The notes below the pieces were generated by a model, which was given only the letters and a program-made list of their open reading frames with translations, searched no databases and had not been told where the DNA came from. Position numbers and translations under genes: made by a program. This document shows positions 24,301 to 30,512 of a DNA stretch of 57,058 nt, piece after piece. Every line of letters begins with the position of its first letter. Within the stretch, counting starts at the first letter, position 1. This stretch comes from a virus. Taxonomy: Duplodnaviria > Caudoviricetes. The stretch spans positions 1-57,058 of the IMG/VR virus record IMGVR_UViG_3300027679_000006; one strand, 5' to 3'.

Positions 24301-25945
24301 CTTGCGCCGCTCTTGTTAGTTCAAGCAGCCTCCTTGCGGCATCGTCCCTCTCTGCGCGCATGGTCTTGAGGTCTTTCTCTATATAGATGCCCTGAGCGTC
24401 AAGACCGCTTGGCGATGTCTTGCCGCTTGACGCACTCGCTGCTGATGAGCCTCTCTTAGATGCGCGCGCTCGCTGCGCTCGATCAAACAGTGGGCTTGAG
24501 GATTGGCGCTCAGTAATAAGTTCCTGTGCCAATTTTGCCGCAGCACCAGTTCCTTGCTGGGAGATAAAGGAACGGAACTCCTCGATAGTTCCCGCATCAG
24601 GAGCGGAGCCGGTCTCCCTGGTTATTCTGGCAATTTCTGTTTGCAGCATCCGATCGGCAATAATCTTCTTCAACTTTGCGGGGTCTACTGATTTTGGCAA
24701 CTTCAACCCATCAAGCGGATCAGCGCTTAGGAAGTCAGATAGTTCTCTTGTGTATGTAGATTGCCTTGCGCGCGCGGCGGTGAGAAGTCGGGAATTTTCT
24801 TCAAGTCGGCGCTCAACTTCCTTGATGTATTCTGGCCCGAGTCCGGGGATCTTGGTCCTGTATATCCTTGGGTTGTCATCTCCTGCGGCAAATCGACGCT
24901 CGACGTCCGCTTTTTGCTCCGCTGGGCTTAATGCGCTCTCGTTGTCTCTTGCAATTTCAAGATTTCTTTTAAGGATTGCTTGCTCTTCTATTAGGCGTTG
25001 TGCCTCTTCATTTGCCTTCCTGGTCGCCTCACCAACTTCTCGCAAGCGGGACTCACGATCTTTAGCAATTCTGATTGCCTGAGACTCATCGCTAGTCTGA
25101 GTACCGAAAACCCGCCTCTGGATTTCCGGGTCCCTTCTTGCGTCAGAGGCCGCATCGGAGGCTCGGCGCTCAAGGTCTGCAATTCTTTGCCTCTCGGCGG
25201 CAAGGCGACGTCTTGAACCTTCCCTGCTAATGCCCTCCCGCATTTGGCCTGGCTCCCTCTCAAGCCGAGATGATTTTGTACTTATGGTGTTGCGAACGCT
25301 ATTGATTTCTTGATCAATAGACTTTCGAATCTCACCGGATGCATTCCTTAGCGCGTCCCGGATGCCGGGACTGGAGGCAAGTCCCTTAATGTCGGCAATC
25401 AATGCCGCCTCAATCCCCTTCAGGGGGGAGCCAGAACCCCTCGATCCAAGAAGGGTGGAGATGAAGTCTTTTGCCCCGACGCCATCTCCGTCGGTCATTG
25501 TCTTTATTGCTCGGTCCCTAAATTCCCTCAGGACGGCTAGGCGGCGATCAACCTCTGCCTTGAGTTGCGCGTTGCCAGGGTCTGATGCGGTTACGCGCTT
25601 AAGTTCTTTTTCGAACTTTGCAAGCCCGAGAAGAATGTTATCAAGTTCTCCCGAGAAATCATCTGGCTTCAAACCGTCCTTTCCAAGGCCGGTTGCAAAT
25701 GATTCAAGCCCCGGGCCGACAGTTTTTCGAACTTCGTCCAAGGCCACAAAGGCAGCAGCGAGTCCTTGAAGGCTCTTTATTTGCCGTTCAGCAGAGCCCT
25801 CCGAAGGGCTTGAGGTAACAGAAACAGCGGCCTGCAATCGCTCAATGGAACTGGCAAGGGCATCAACCTGCGCGGCAGCAGAAACTAAGTCACTGGCATC
25901 AGCGCCAAGTTCTAGGATTTCTGGGTCTTGCTGGTTATCAACCAT
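9308..25945 (-). CDS. giant tape measure protein (5545 aa)
   Basis: TMP core motif TPF..PLVEAA..M.AFG...IAYALGQM.SAG.V...DMMQL..AGI near aa 2940-3010; follows tail chaperones; helical Ala/Glu-rich. Confidence 0.9.
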   Translation of the reverse strand: MVDNQQDPEILELGADASDLVSAAAQVDALASSIERLQAAVSVTSSPSEGSAERQIKSLQGLAAAFVALDEVRKTVGPGLESFATGLGKDGLKPDDFSGELDNILLGLAKFEKELKRVTASDPGNAQLKAEVDRRLAVLREFRDRAIKTMTDGDGVGAKDFISTLLGSRGSGSPLKGIEAALIADIKGLASSPGIRDALRNASGEIRKSIDQEINSVRNTISTKSSRLEREPGQMREGISREGSRRRLAAERQRIADLERRASDAASDARRDPEIQRRVFGTQTSDESQAIRIAKDRESRLREVGEATRKANEEAQRLIEEQAILKRNLEIARDNESALSPAEQKADVERRFAAGDDNPRIYRTKIPGLGPEYIKEVERRLEENSRLLTAARARQSTYTRELSDFLSADPLDGLKLPKSVDPAKLKKIIADRMLQTEIARITRETGSAPDAGTIEEFRSFISQQGTGAAAKLAQELITERQSSSPLFDRAQRARASKRGSSAASASSGKTSPSGLDAQGIYIEKDLKTMRAERDDAARRLLELTRAAQEAKDRLSAVRAAAEDVLGEDELEMRDESRGVRSATPRGGTEGDDDSYDATEVVREADRSGRSAVGTGEEGDDVAKEIKSDRTRLTVAEERKTIEFYERQIALFMKEQVAVMDEQGNQVFKEKKTIVDGEEVITQEPVMKTLTREEAIEIIAEEFDATYNEIAAMVGPGKGSSAAVDDAFIDEAAKRLAGVAKNKILRDEGRGLTGPEINTLKGAIRRALKAMILGDDVKPKDADALIANLIFKEVEDTFNGTGIGAQLSGDNRSLPGGAGGRQTSSDMDRAIEKAGVLGRADAESAATGRSKEDIIRATLDDAEQRATEAAQELAAAQAALRELQAQVDNPMAGTSRFFEILGITDKRMGGADPLDLLAGRTSESTIRQRRRARSLSARVPFGFAGVSGSALAGRNKERSSSPDGNRAAEQVEGTVGVAGLPENPVFDLFRRKRVVSNTEAGAAMNTTSIKPAEAEAAIQFLKELFESTKILTADMASLLAEGKSVKQSDIDDLSSNLGLMKVAYDQIAELKSSNPAAAAAIASLTAQFDGLAKDPAVQRLFSPEFIGRAVPAGGGFAASEAGVIRKTDSLDEDAKLSLARELIAITKALESGGDAVVAGMERFGEVQTGDEPGSGAARLPRSGRGAPESIALSAQAISGLATEIMTSGRRDADAAKKELTALIAELIARGDLIPADLIGLIGDPALAKEISDAASKNVPSLRMERIPTKRAGVISRELYGEAARFDEATGEVIPAVPSRYQRQFEPGYEGPKKLESDVQEEIRQKVSQAIGKDISLEQLKQMATESFVVGFKTDEKGEVIQGSGRTVQDLTKSREIVGFVEKVLALEEVILGLAENINNLFEEGEIDTSARGDAELADVADAKEADASLASSKLAVAESTLRIAEMRRARASGGLSGPEPMAYKEEGMGGVSKEMNREAEAIRPSDINLDAQNRTVVEDLEASLKAGYADEEEMDIEVGMAEQFKRIRTIEDLDSFGPQAINALAFNALPATLVAQLIQDNPEGLYGRGGLEKHETRSNPITKLTDKSPQRPEQGLLMVSREAAVAVLAALDKAGVRISIGKVQTEDGGDQLVSTTHLGEKLTDDAHATAVAGVVAKEIQRNGIAGNALTAITTPQFVSYGSSDPEESPSSQGGTGGLISNVAGFAGPIGYTGGGVVRGIQVPRRIVRKGQTKLSEARIARDIRGTAAHEVGHTLTSPYDANAHADLRAALVARMERMGIEPEHIQSVLTNYANNSPYEAMAEAYRIMGGYVNNKEEKEVSLGNDGFGSSGIIAAAYSMVEMAKQATARSNTKAGKYASSVGFRGVPEESETEIASRLPGAGSISTATSKTMFSDVMPDKGASYRLQGSADGSPTVTENTPQTGFMVGGMQRYNLNVPASEVVPLTVPGNASDEEIEEIKQENDRRRQKFQAAVQKIIAENAIELKTLLAEGQEIYLGSWVEGDKVAIDITQRIPYLEGDDKGRKAALGRAMEIGKTRKQQSLAEITPDATQGRGTGAGYGATAFPETGIKNPDAMSTQRTYLGDEIGWSEEPPRPETETMPMAAGDSGGSVDDAEFEKTLIQQIQDDPSSEQAKNNYAKFLELTGVASDEIARRVAAASGVVQATTAAADATEGKAEATEKIAQAAEDELGLFEDFDEDEYAEDGFIDDDTSNTSEIVEEIKSADQRTEDATERVADAKEEIAVATEEVATAVEEQAASVQGAPEPVSAGSGTEAATAATTDSVSKVQEIEAEIAAIDAKRAELQEKISAAFSARRGAAVSAQDKLRAAFDVLMQMENEELADEVVAIELDTDREMAQREARFRRTKPGRKRTKTGEYANEYVPEVYGPESEEYKRLISEGFKPDEDNAFTERDMVFSGKSARFRHALGVENYGNNKNLASKVGLPPVNVLGADAPRQTIEDIRGYIEARSAEEPDYGVGEPLPEDVEAARQALVEFQAAIAPVTEEIDSLHAELRTLTGAREALRAEQVNLTPVKRGSANDEAERNNKDVILQKQIIPEQLAPIIDLLNETLAIADKKIAERGQDTSGMTAKDKAQFLESDPSGIGRKLEFLINAIEMASGTDALKQGGTRYPGAVLPSDVRGTTPDARVKSGAKLTGMSPEEVADVSGVLQRIQAALQGLESQAATGEVDLEALAASLQNVSSEARETASFLTRTTTSDQQKIVAAGNAPGGAGGSKPPTATGGGMPPDDPSNDWRKIRAVIPDTEKISRGVNDLAALQNRFAELSPAIVHAAGSNSQFGKSLEDSAKKAQVATETLQRLTDANVGILKTVKTQVGRAATFLVLQQMGREIGGIFEHLQSGVFQFNQVLENTTVGFNTLFANTLQARAAVGNALVPKLNEAGVQIGFMREQAVKFSDAINYTKGAAEGMVAEIRNIANVTPFRFKPLVEAALKMKAFGFEATEIPGMINSISNAVAALGGEDEKIDRIAYALGQMNSAGRVYQNDMMQLANAGIAGYRMLSEKLLMDLTAMKMRALGTMKDIPEETAAEFDRLQGMLNSASFKKSFGSIDEMIRTLEDPKRAEGLIRNLAKRGFLIGSTAARAITEGMDKQYQGSADRLSRTMTGALSTIADLSQNFMATAFQPLFNSVRDTIVEVGQFMLKSREITKFVDDVRTSMQTFISSLASFGPALEAVGQIFINVFVKGLASAGDSANSFGAAVIGVVGKLGPGLKLIGDILANDVGRGLAVASLAFSLFSKLITSNPLIATVTVLVAAISGIAEAIKNNTLFVGDFVKSFMPAIEQLIMVIGEGIGTILEAFSGGAMTGFIAGLSVAINALMPLLTIFLMTMSVLLKIITPIAGPLGVIVGLFIAFKTAMMAYNIAGTLIGKVMNGLHDAWGSVNGAIDSQIDKVRKTAAAYDELKRAKIEAEDFKTNDRGQLLDKDNMVTTDKSKAAVRWGEGEKINSYGMTDLKGRAAQRALEGTTVFGRNIGLLSVDRARQRATDQMQNTLKPNFGEGFYMPHGEGGAPHTSPVITNKGIEGTYDYLNLADEKKAQFEKDNKDAIAAGTLDDDQKAKYQNLQEASRLRQQGSASGMFRFAGLDLGKTDTEGINDDAGAYSLDNMMSAVLVQRETSTILNETFAQLEAAGKKIVAAKARIEEIRKKVESKEMDQDQGAKAIASLEASIDDTRRSQADNMSIVGGLAEAGVPIMTRDKTKTDAIQSQVAAGKLTQADADKQIAALPENVVDPTQAKKLKVDDFADRAINIPSSVAAGIKKLPENVQNIVMSQVLKRYAEGKVFATKQEEEQFIKGILGDARGDAAIKASTVGIFGKVGQAAGNLFKKVQDKMPKALKRTERGGGKTGLAEIDTRDGEYYYVDEETGALGPNKVSAEELKKRERLRGPLGGIAQKMRGMSKAIGMAGVAAGLASGARRLAGEMAPIMTAPIIGPLMEMLPKEMTNVFRQKAGPFQAMAQGIGTTAGAMLGQALIPIPGVGAALGGMIGGALAELVGNAIDKAIAGSEEAIRQKKALMEEAKILGFTEEQAKEIAREKFAGGGAGFIQEGGGIPGITTDPTDEDLLSTIFGAYTVGEKKSIASMGVMSEEEYQRRIQEIRTGSTGIPEEDRAEAEDKLNHERDLRKAGIMSDEEYQQKKSFIDQLETNEDVQTTPEAIAAMRKNLENERRSRSGSNAFDIKQAEFMNAGMDYETLARYSGEETLLAKQKLALLRMENEDTLKLIDGKNAAGAELTDAEKELSKTIEELEIAAANSPLGLFGTLIDPKLYSGSQVIKRFDTPDFGRSTYSAEDVKAGVTGADGKTVEEGQTRIGFTKLETLLKTADIRALTAASGFSNPADALRELGFDYSKVTKDTTDAEFMQLVKDTLRIGVQARTRGDELMPKVDMTLTRLEMMERYGGEAGYKMFDQYAGDRAAYRAADANYQKLGGDARIGLLQEIQAQALPARYIQQGIDSTALGRDQLGGTDDSALVRYGPENLLTVSEEEELKKLTAAQKARTDARYKDLTATLQIRLATMGATAAEVAEGVAAEKAYANFRTTNQVALAAAVAAGTKATAEQLALLKEDTETRDKAYKTQTVSLQVGDALQAAEAAGLAISDKELVNNVALQKILLLKQRLIEANGGAALSMVASQAAEAAAEGIILEIGAKKVVLGDIQLRQQEAANNFAVARGKYDDAILKSGGRRTAEVIATEAALNNAGKSMQSLGADAGRVEAEIATLTKQAAKFQEDAAKANPMKLTKKEIDEIKKLIAKDPGSILGGDGGSAANKALEKSLDLLNKISSVAGKAYERMRKEQQRTHDEYVKQLDEQEKRINERYKQRSDIQTEENLQAQLQISGLQMRSASADPLEAAKSFYDSKQALEQFYIDQQRDAELKVISDEKERYEKQYSASSEATQAIYDAALTRLNSRFDFAQSVLNGDEKMAGKMNDALRMTMLGENFDEMNASGERSTGANTAFKDYSNSAISIALQKQYKVQTTGQLYKKYTAIAANKRTTAQKNLISKYNGLLAAARKETAINSMVDAVSGNLTGEQDITMATNAEQELAAFESSNRDAIAAALAANENITTEQEDLLAQLSEMKALAEAAQGDALSKALGSIGRGTVYNGKDPFEAKGGGFTGGIKDLTYGGAAVTGANVAEVLKIYQGNTEESGLAATFLNEARMAGFRYKDDQTGKEYAGAGNILSYLTEVVNKQGGGSLGISKLNAEQGALYQYLMSLVSAKNTFTTAQKTAILAQRTLEQGLNDFEQATGVDINIANLAEADVTDKQFTEYFNALGKTFEDNAERDEAIKKMRDVLRDTYGQALLSVDVEQYAKFADSSDDRIGTLSGVAKSLKDVMDQIDNVMSSPNKMTSLDKLLFGADFDPNDLSGTGAVSNLKFGKTQIEAVTTAVAATRDAFESSMNSIKSYAAELSGPLGSFNQQSVTGADALTAAMGQTASSFSLATGKVNEYATALAAAAAARASLGVNATLATGLATSTTPTSATITAGANNTFNITVSNASGMDAQQLAAELARLIALQAGSSVK

Positions 25946-25950
25946 CTACG

Positions 25951-26265
25951 CTACTTGTCCTTCTGGGATTCAATAATTGCGTTTTCTTTCTGAAGGGTCT
26001 CGTTCATGAGGACTGTCTTTGCTTCAGGGGAACCGTACATACCGATCAGGGACTCAATGGAGTGGGTACCGCCCCATTGACCATTATTATTAGCAGATTT
26101 TCGGGAAGAAAGCGAGGAGGAAGAGGTCTGCCCCTTGCCCTTGGACCTGTCCTCTGACGCTTCCGCTTGGCTGCGGGCATATTCCCCAAAGATTGCGATT
26201 TGTGGAAGCGTTAACGCCAAGAAATCTTCTGGGGTGTAACCATAAGCATCCGCATAGGAGGCCAT
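25951..26265 (-). CDS. tail assembly chaperone, frameshift-extended (gpT-like) part
   Basis: YGYTPEDFLALTLPQI motif; in the -1 frame of the upstream ORF and open from the slippery site. Confidence 0.75.
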   Translation of the reverse strand: MASYADAYGYTPEDFLALTLPQIAIFGEYARSQAEASEDRSKGKGQTSSSSLSSRKSANNNGQWGGTHSIESLIGMYGSPEAKTVLMNETLQKENAIIESQKDK

Positions 26266-26294
26266 GATTCCACCCCAGTCAACTTCGGACCAAC

Positions 26295-26615
26295 TTACTC
26301 CCCGAGCGCTTTTCCCTCAGCAAGTGCCTCGGCTGGGTCGGTAGGTCCACCCTCCGCCTCTTCTGGGAGAAGTCCACTGCGGCGAAGCACTGAAAGCGCC
26401 TCTACCTGCAGGCTCTGGAGGTCGAATCGCTCACCAACTGCGTGCTCGGTAACGCCTGGCTCTTCACGTCGAATGACTAGCCACATGATGAAGCGAAGTA
26501 CTGTGAAGCGAGTTGTGTCCAACTGGTCAAGTCGGGAATTAAACTTCTCCTCAAGATCCGCAAGATCATTGAGCGTTAGTGCACCCTTGTTCTGAAGGGC
26601 CTTAAGGTCTGCCAT
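26295..26615 (-). CDS. tail assembly chaperone (gpG-like)
   Basis: Between major tail and TMP genes; ends ...EGKALGE across GGGAAAA. Confidence 0.8.
   Translation of the reverse strand: MADLKALQNKGALTLNDLADLEEKFNSRLDQLDTTRFTVLRFIMWLVIRREEPGVTEHAVGERFDLQSLQVEALSVLRRSGLLPEEAEGGPTDPAEALAEGKALGE
26310..26316 (-). other. -1 programmed ribosomal frameshift slippery site G-GGA-AAA
   Basis: XXXYYYZ heptamer in correct phase; -1 frame reads SARGVSWSEVDWGGIMASY into ORF 25951..26265. Confidence 0.85.
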
Positions 26616-26711
26616 GGGTAATCTCCTCTATAACTTCCTGCCAAACGGCTTATTCATTGTACAACAAAGTAGGGGGTTAGTGGTAAGAGGCCTCACATAA
26701 GGGGAAAGTCC

Positions 26712-26739
26712 CCCCCCGACCGGCAAGCCGGTCGGGGGG
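26712..26739 (-). terminator. GC-rich hairpin after major tail gene
   Basis: CCCCCCGACCGGC-AA-GCCGGTCGGGGGG inverted repeat followed by ACTTT on the minus strand. Confidence 0.65.
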
Positions 26740-26768
26740 TCCTGAATGCGGCTTACGCCGCAGTCAGA

Positions 26769-27332
26769 TTAGGCCGTAGCCTCGACAAGAAGAATCTTGT
26801 CGTTGGCACCCTGCACGTCGCGGTCCGTCACACCCATGAACCCGATGTCCATGGTGGTGATGTCTTCACGCGTGAATGGGAAGGTCAACTTTGGGCTGAA
26901 CGCCTTGAAAAGGTGAACAGTCACCGTCTTCGTCGGATCGTCCGAACGGGTGTGAACAAACTTGACGTAGATTGGGCGTGGGAGGCCAGAGGCCGTCACG
27001 TCGTGGTCATAAGACGTCAAGGTGTCGCGGGCGATAACGCTCGAACGCGTCCAGAAGTTCTGGAGGTTCGCAAGGTTCAACTCGACCTTCTTGGCGTTAA
27101 GTTCGCACTTACCACCGTAGTAGGCCTTCTGAATTGCGAAGTTCGACTGACCGTAGAACTCCTTCTCCTGGAACTCAAGAGTAAAATCGACGTCGCCGGC
27201 GATTTCGCCGATCTCGTACAACTTCTCCTGGGTCGAAGTTGGCGTGCCGGTTACGTAAGTCGCGCTTGGAACCGTCGAGGCTCCCTCGTACCAATCGGCC
27301 ACATAAATGCGACCAGATCCTAGTGTAAGCAT
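26769..27332 (-). CDS. major tail (tube) protein
   Basis: 187 aa; N-terminal LGSGRIY; beta-rich; directly upstream of chaperones and TMP. Confidence 0.8.
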   Translation of the reverse strand: MLTLGSGRIYVADWYEGASTVPSATYVTGTPTSTQEKLYEIGEIAGDVDFTLEFQEKEFYGQSNFAIQKAYYGGKCELNAKKVELNLANLQNFWTRSSVIARDTLTSYDHDVTASGLPRPIYVKFVHTRSDDPTKTVTVHLFKAFSPKLTFPFTREDITTMDIGFMGVTDRDVQGANDKILLVEATA

Positions 27333-27347
27333 AGTATTTCTCCTACT

Positions 27348-27743
27348 CTATTTCATTATTACGCCATATCGGATTATTCTCCGATATTCTAAAGACTTTG
27401 CGTCATAGGCATCGCGCTCAAGCATCTTGATGCACAAGTGCACTACTACATCTTGGCCAGACAACCGTTGTCGGTTAACCAGTTCGTCGATCCGCTTCGA
27501 GATACTGTTGAGTTCGGTTGTGCCGCTCGCCGACGCAATAAGCACATCCACTACAACTCTCTCGACCGACCTGCCGACTTCACTGTTACCATTTAGGACG
27601 GCAATCCTGACCGCCGGGGGTCTACTAGCCCCGACATGGTGAATTGGATAGACCTTCTTGTCGACCGAAGTCCCAGACAACAGGCTTTGCAGCGAGTTAT
27701 CTGCGCTCAGAACCGAAAAGAACGTCTCATACAATCCCTTCAT
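27348..27743 (-). CDS. tail terminator / tail completion protein
   Basis: L.AD..L..LL...KVYP motif; TATAAT at 27758-27753 suggests start at ATG 27743 rather than 27764. Confidence 0.7.
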   Translation of the reverse strand: MKGLYETFFSVLSADNSLQSLLSGTSVDKKVYPIHHVGASRPPAVRIAVLNGNSEVGRSVERVVVDVLIASASGTTELNSISKRIDELVNRQRLSGQDVVVHLCIKMLERDAYDAKSLEYRRIIRYGVIMK

Positions 27744-27846
27744 ACAAGAGATATTATACGACATCTCAAAGGGGGTCTAGGCCTACGCCCCCTGCGCAGC
27801 AAGTATTTAACTTTATTCTTATTGTGTAATGAGAGAGAATACCCAC

Positions 27847-28119
27847 ATGGCAGAAATTGACTACCTTACCGAATGGGCCCACTGGAGGGGTGAAATGACG
27901 ACTAAACTTAGCGACGTATCTCGCCGCATTGACCACCTTGAAGAGAGCATGGACAAAATCCATACAACCCTGACGGAGATGCGGGAGGAGCAAATTCGCC
28001 GAGAGGCAAAGGAGACCCAGCAGAGGTCCATTTTTAAGTGGGCATTCCCTGAGGGGGGTTCTGTTCTGGCCTTGTTGCTGGCCCTATATGCTGTTATCAT
28101 GCAGGTGTTCGGCAAGTAG
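27847..28119 (+). CDS. small coiled-coil protein with C-terminal TM helix
   Basis: MAEIDY... coiled coil then GSVLALLLALYAVIMQVF. Confidence 0.6.
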   Translation: MAEIDYLTEWAHWRGEMTTKLSDVSRRIDHLEESMDKIHTTLTEMREEQIRREAKETQQRSIFKWAFPEGGSVLALLLALYAVIMQVFGK

Positions 28120-28144
28120 CCCGAACCTAGTATGGAGTGTGTAT

Positions 28145-28324
28145 ATGTCAATCTTGAGTAAGATCTTTGGTAACAAGAAGACCGCTAAGAAGGCTGCTAA
28201 GCCAGCCGTATGGAAGGCACCAAAGGCCAAGGCTGTTAAGCCCGTTGCCAAGGTTGCCAAGCCTGCTGCAAAGGCTTCCAAGCCTGCTGCAAAGGCAGTC
28301 GCCAAGAAGTCTAAGAAGGCGTAA
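28145..28324 (+). CDS. Lys/Ala/Pro-rich basic protein (histone H1-like composition, 59 aa)
   Basis: GGAG SD; MSILSKIFGNKKTAKKAAKPA...KPVAKVAKPAAKASKPAAKAVAKKSKKA. Confidence 0.7.
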   Translation: MSILSKIFGNKKTAKKAAKPAVWKAPKAKAVKPVAKVAKPAAKASKPAAKAVAKKSKKA

Positions 28325-28360
28325 TCCGCCCTTAGTCCCCCAACCGTACGGGAGGTTTCT

Positions 28361-29482
28361 ATGGCTACGCGCTACTGGACCAACACTGAGCGTAAAGATG
28401 CTTTGCATCTTGAGTGGAAGGAATTCCACAAGAAATACCCGGAACGAGAATTCGATTCCTACCGAGTCAAGCGTGACCGTCTTCGCCGGGGCGAAACGGA
28501 CATAGTGGATGGCCGAAGACTTAATGGGGGGAACAATAAAATGCCAACTCCGTCGTCGATGAAAGAATTAGAACAGATGTCCGATGTTGGGATGGTGAAG
28601 TTTAGGAAGATTGACTACGTCTCCCGCATTGGCGCCGTGGCAAAAGATCGTGGCGAACTCATTGTTGCCGCAGGTGACTTCCAGTTTCCATTTGAGGATG
28701 GCGATGTGTTTGCATCATTCCTCACCTTCCTTTCCTCGGAGCGACCAGATCAGGTTGTCCTTACCGGAGACATTCTCGACCTCACTGCGGCAAGCGCGTT
28801 TGACCGAGACCCCAGGCTGGGCATGTCCATCCAGGACGAACTGCAGCATTGTCACAATCGCCTTGCGGAAATCCGCGCCGCAGCGGGCAAGAACGCAAAG
28901 ATCATATTCATCTATGGAAATCACGAAGCCAGAATGAGCAAGTGGCTTGCCAGGAAGGCCCCAGAACTTGTTGGCATTACCGATGTCAACGGCGTCGAAA
29001 TGCTTTCGCTCTCCTCCCTGCTCAGGCTCGAACTGCTCAACATTGAGCCAGCCGTGTACCAGGGAACTGCGTTTGCTGGGCCAGAGAATCTGCGTTCCTA
29101 TTACCAGATTGCCCCAGATCTTATTGCCACCCACGGAACGTACTCCAGGGCAACTGGCGGTGGCGCCAGCATTATCCCCATTGTGGATGCCGCTGGTGTT
29201 TCCGTAGTCGGCGGTCATGACCATTCTCAGGGTCTTGCCTTTAAGACGGTTGGCGGATTTGCTGGCGTTGATGAGCGCAGGCTTGCTGCAATCTCCACAG
29301 GCATGATGTGCCGCAGAACCGAACTTGGCTATCTTGCGCAACATCAGGTTAGCCGCTGGGCTGCTGGCTTTGCTGTTATCGAGCGCTTTGGTCAGGGTGC
29401 TGGTGAGTGGCAGCCAGACTTTGCCTCGTGGACCGGAAATGAGTTGGTATGGCGCGGCAAGAGGTACAAGGGGAAGCCCTAG
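28361..29482 (+). CDS. calcineurin-like metallophosphoesterase
   Basis: GDFQ, GDILD, GNHE, THG, GHDH motifs in order; GGAGG SD. Confidence 0.85.
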   Translation: MATRYWTNTERKDALHLEWKEFHKKYPEREFDSYRVKRDRLRRGETDIVDGRRLNGGNNKMPTPSSMKELEQMSDVGMVKFRKIDYVSRIGAVAKDRGELIVAAGDFQFPFEDGDVFASFLTFLSSERPDQVVLTGDILDLTAASAFDRDPRLGMSIQDELQHCHNRLAEIRAAAGKNAKIIFIYGNHEARMSKWLARKAPELVGITDVNGVEMLSLSSLLRLELLNIEPAVYQGTAFAGPENLRSYYQIAPDLIATHGTYSRATGGGASIIPIVDAAGVSVVGGHDHSQGLAFKTVGGFAGVDERRLAAISTGMMCRRTELGYLAQHQVSRWAAGFAVIERFGQGAGEWQPDFASWTGNELVWRGKRYKGKP

Positions 29483-30174
29483 CGACCCCTTCTCTCAGCG
29501 ATGTAGGTTGCTGCCTCGCGCCTAAGGATTCCTGCAACTTGGCTGCGGAAATCTTTAAGCCGAGCGCTCCGGCCCATCTCCTCAATCCCGATTTCAAAAA
29601 ATCCCTCTCCGCCCTCTGAATAGAATGCATTAATCTCATCAATGTACGTATCGTCTGAATCCTCAACCGGCACCTTTGCGTAGGAAAAACCGTTTCCGTA
29701 CATTCCTGGCCCCTGCTCGTATTCATACTGCCTCTTCGGCGCTGCCCCATACCTAAAAGACAATCTGCCGTTCCTGCTAATTGAAACTTCGTGGATTGAC
29801 CCCTCTGCGTCTTCGTACGTTAAGGAGTCCTGTAGTGACCCGGTATCTACGGGGACACCAAGATTTGCCCCGCCGGGTATTCCCTTCATCTGAAGAGGCC
29901 TAGAATTCTGGAACCAGGAAGTAAGCGCTCCGGGTCCGTAAAGCGCGGCCACCCAGGCATCAAATAGTTCCTGCATTACTTCTGGCTTATTCTTAATGTA
30001 AATCAGTAAAAATGACCGATTTAGTCCAATGTCCCTCATGGCCTGAGCCGTTGCGCGCAGGTCTTTTGCAATTGCGTCTAACTTCTTTCCGCCGCCCGCA
30101 GCGGCCATGATGCCGCCAAGGTATATCTGCTTTCTTCCAGCCCTTAGGCTCGGCGGATTTCCCCTGCCCGCCAT
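29479..30174 (-). CDS. neck / tail completion protein (HK97 gp10-like)
   Basis: VPVDTGSLQDSL motif; position in head-tail module. Confidence 0.55.
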   Translation of the reverse strand: MAGRGNPPSLRAGRKQIYLGGIMAAAGGGKKLDAIAKDLRATAQAMRDIGLNRSFLLIYIKNKPEVMQELFDAWVAALYGPGALTSWFQNSRPLQMKGIPGGANLGVPVDTGSLQDSLTYEDAEGSIHEVSISRNGRLSFRYGAAPKRQYEYEQGPGMYGNGFSYAKVPVEDSDDTYIDEINAFYSEGGEGFFEIGIEEMGRSARLKDFRSQVAGILRREAATYIAERRGR

Positions 30175-30512
30175 CAGCGATCTACCCTCTTTGCCCCCAG
30201 AATAAGGTGATGACGAAGTCCCTCCCTAATTACTTCGTCAACCTGAAACTGGAGGTTGTCCGCCTCAACTAGGTCTGCAATCGTTGGTTGATTTGTTCCG
30301 GTCAAATAGGGGATAAAGAAAAGATACCTTGCCTCTGCTGCCTGGCCTGTGGAAGTATAGAGTTGCGATACTGATTCTTTGCTTTCTGGCTGGTAGTGGC
30401 ACTTTCCTGACCAGACAGTTGTCAACTCAACTGTAGGCGTTCCGTCTGCCGCGTGGCCTGTTTGCCCAACGCGCTTGATTGTGACCGAGGTGGTGAAGCC
30501 CGGTAGGCTCAT
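30174..30512 (-). CDS. head closure protein
   Basis: 112-aa beta-rich ORF after the adaptor gene; overlapping start and stop codons. Confidence 0.65.
   Translation of the reverse strand: MSLPGFTTSVTIKRVGQTGHAADGTPTVELTTVWSGKCHYQPESKESVSQLYTSTGQAAEARYLFFIPYLTGTNQPTIADLVEADNLQFQVDEVIREGLRHHLILGAKRVDR

Noticed and set aside
2800-25800. Many plus-strand ORFs overlapping the tail and TMP genes (e.g. 22728..23831, 11445..12146)
   Set aside because: Antisense shadows of long GC-rich coding frames with no motifs or SD
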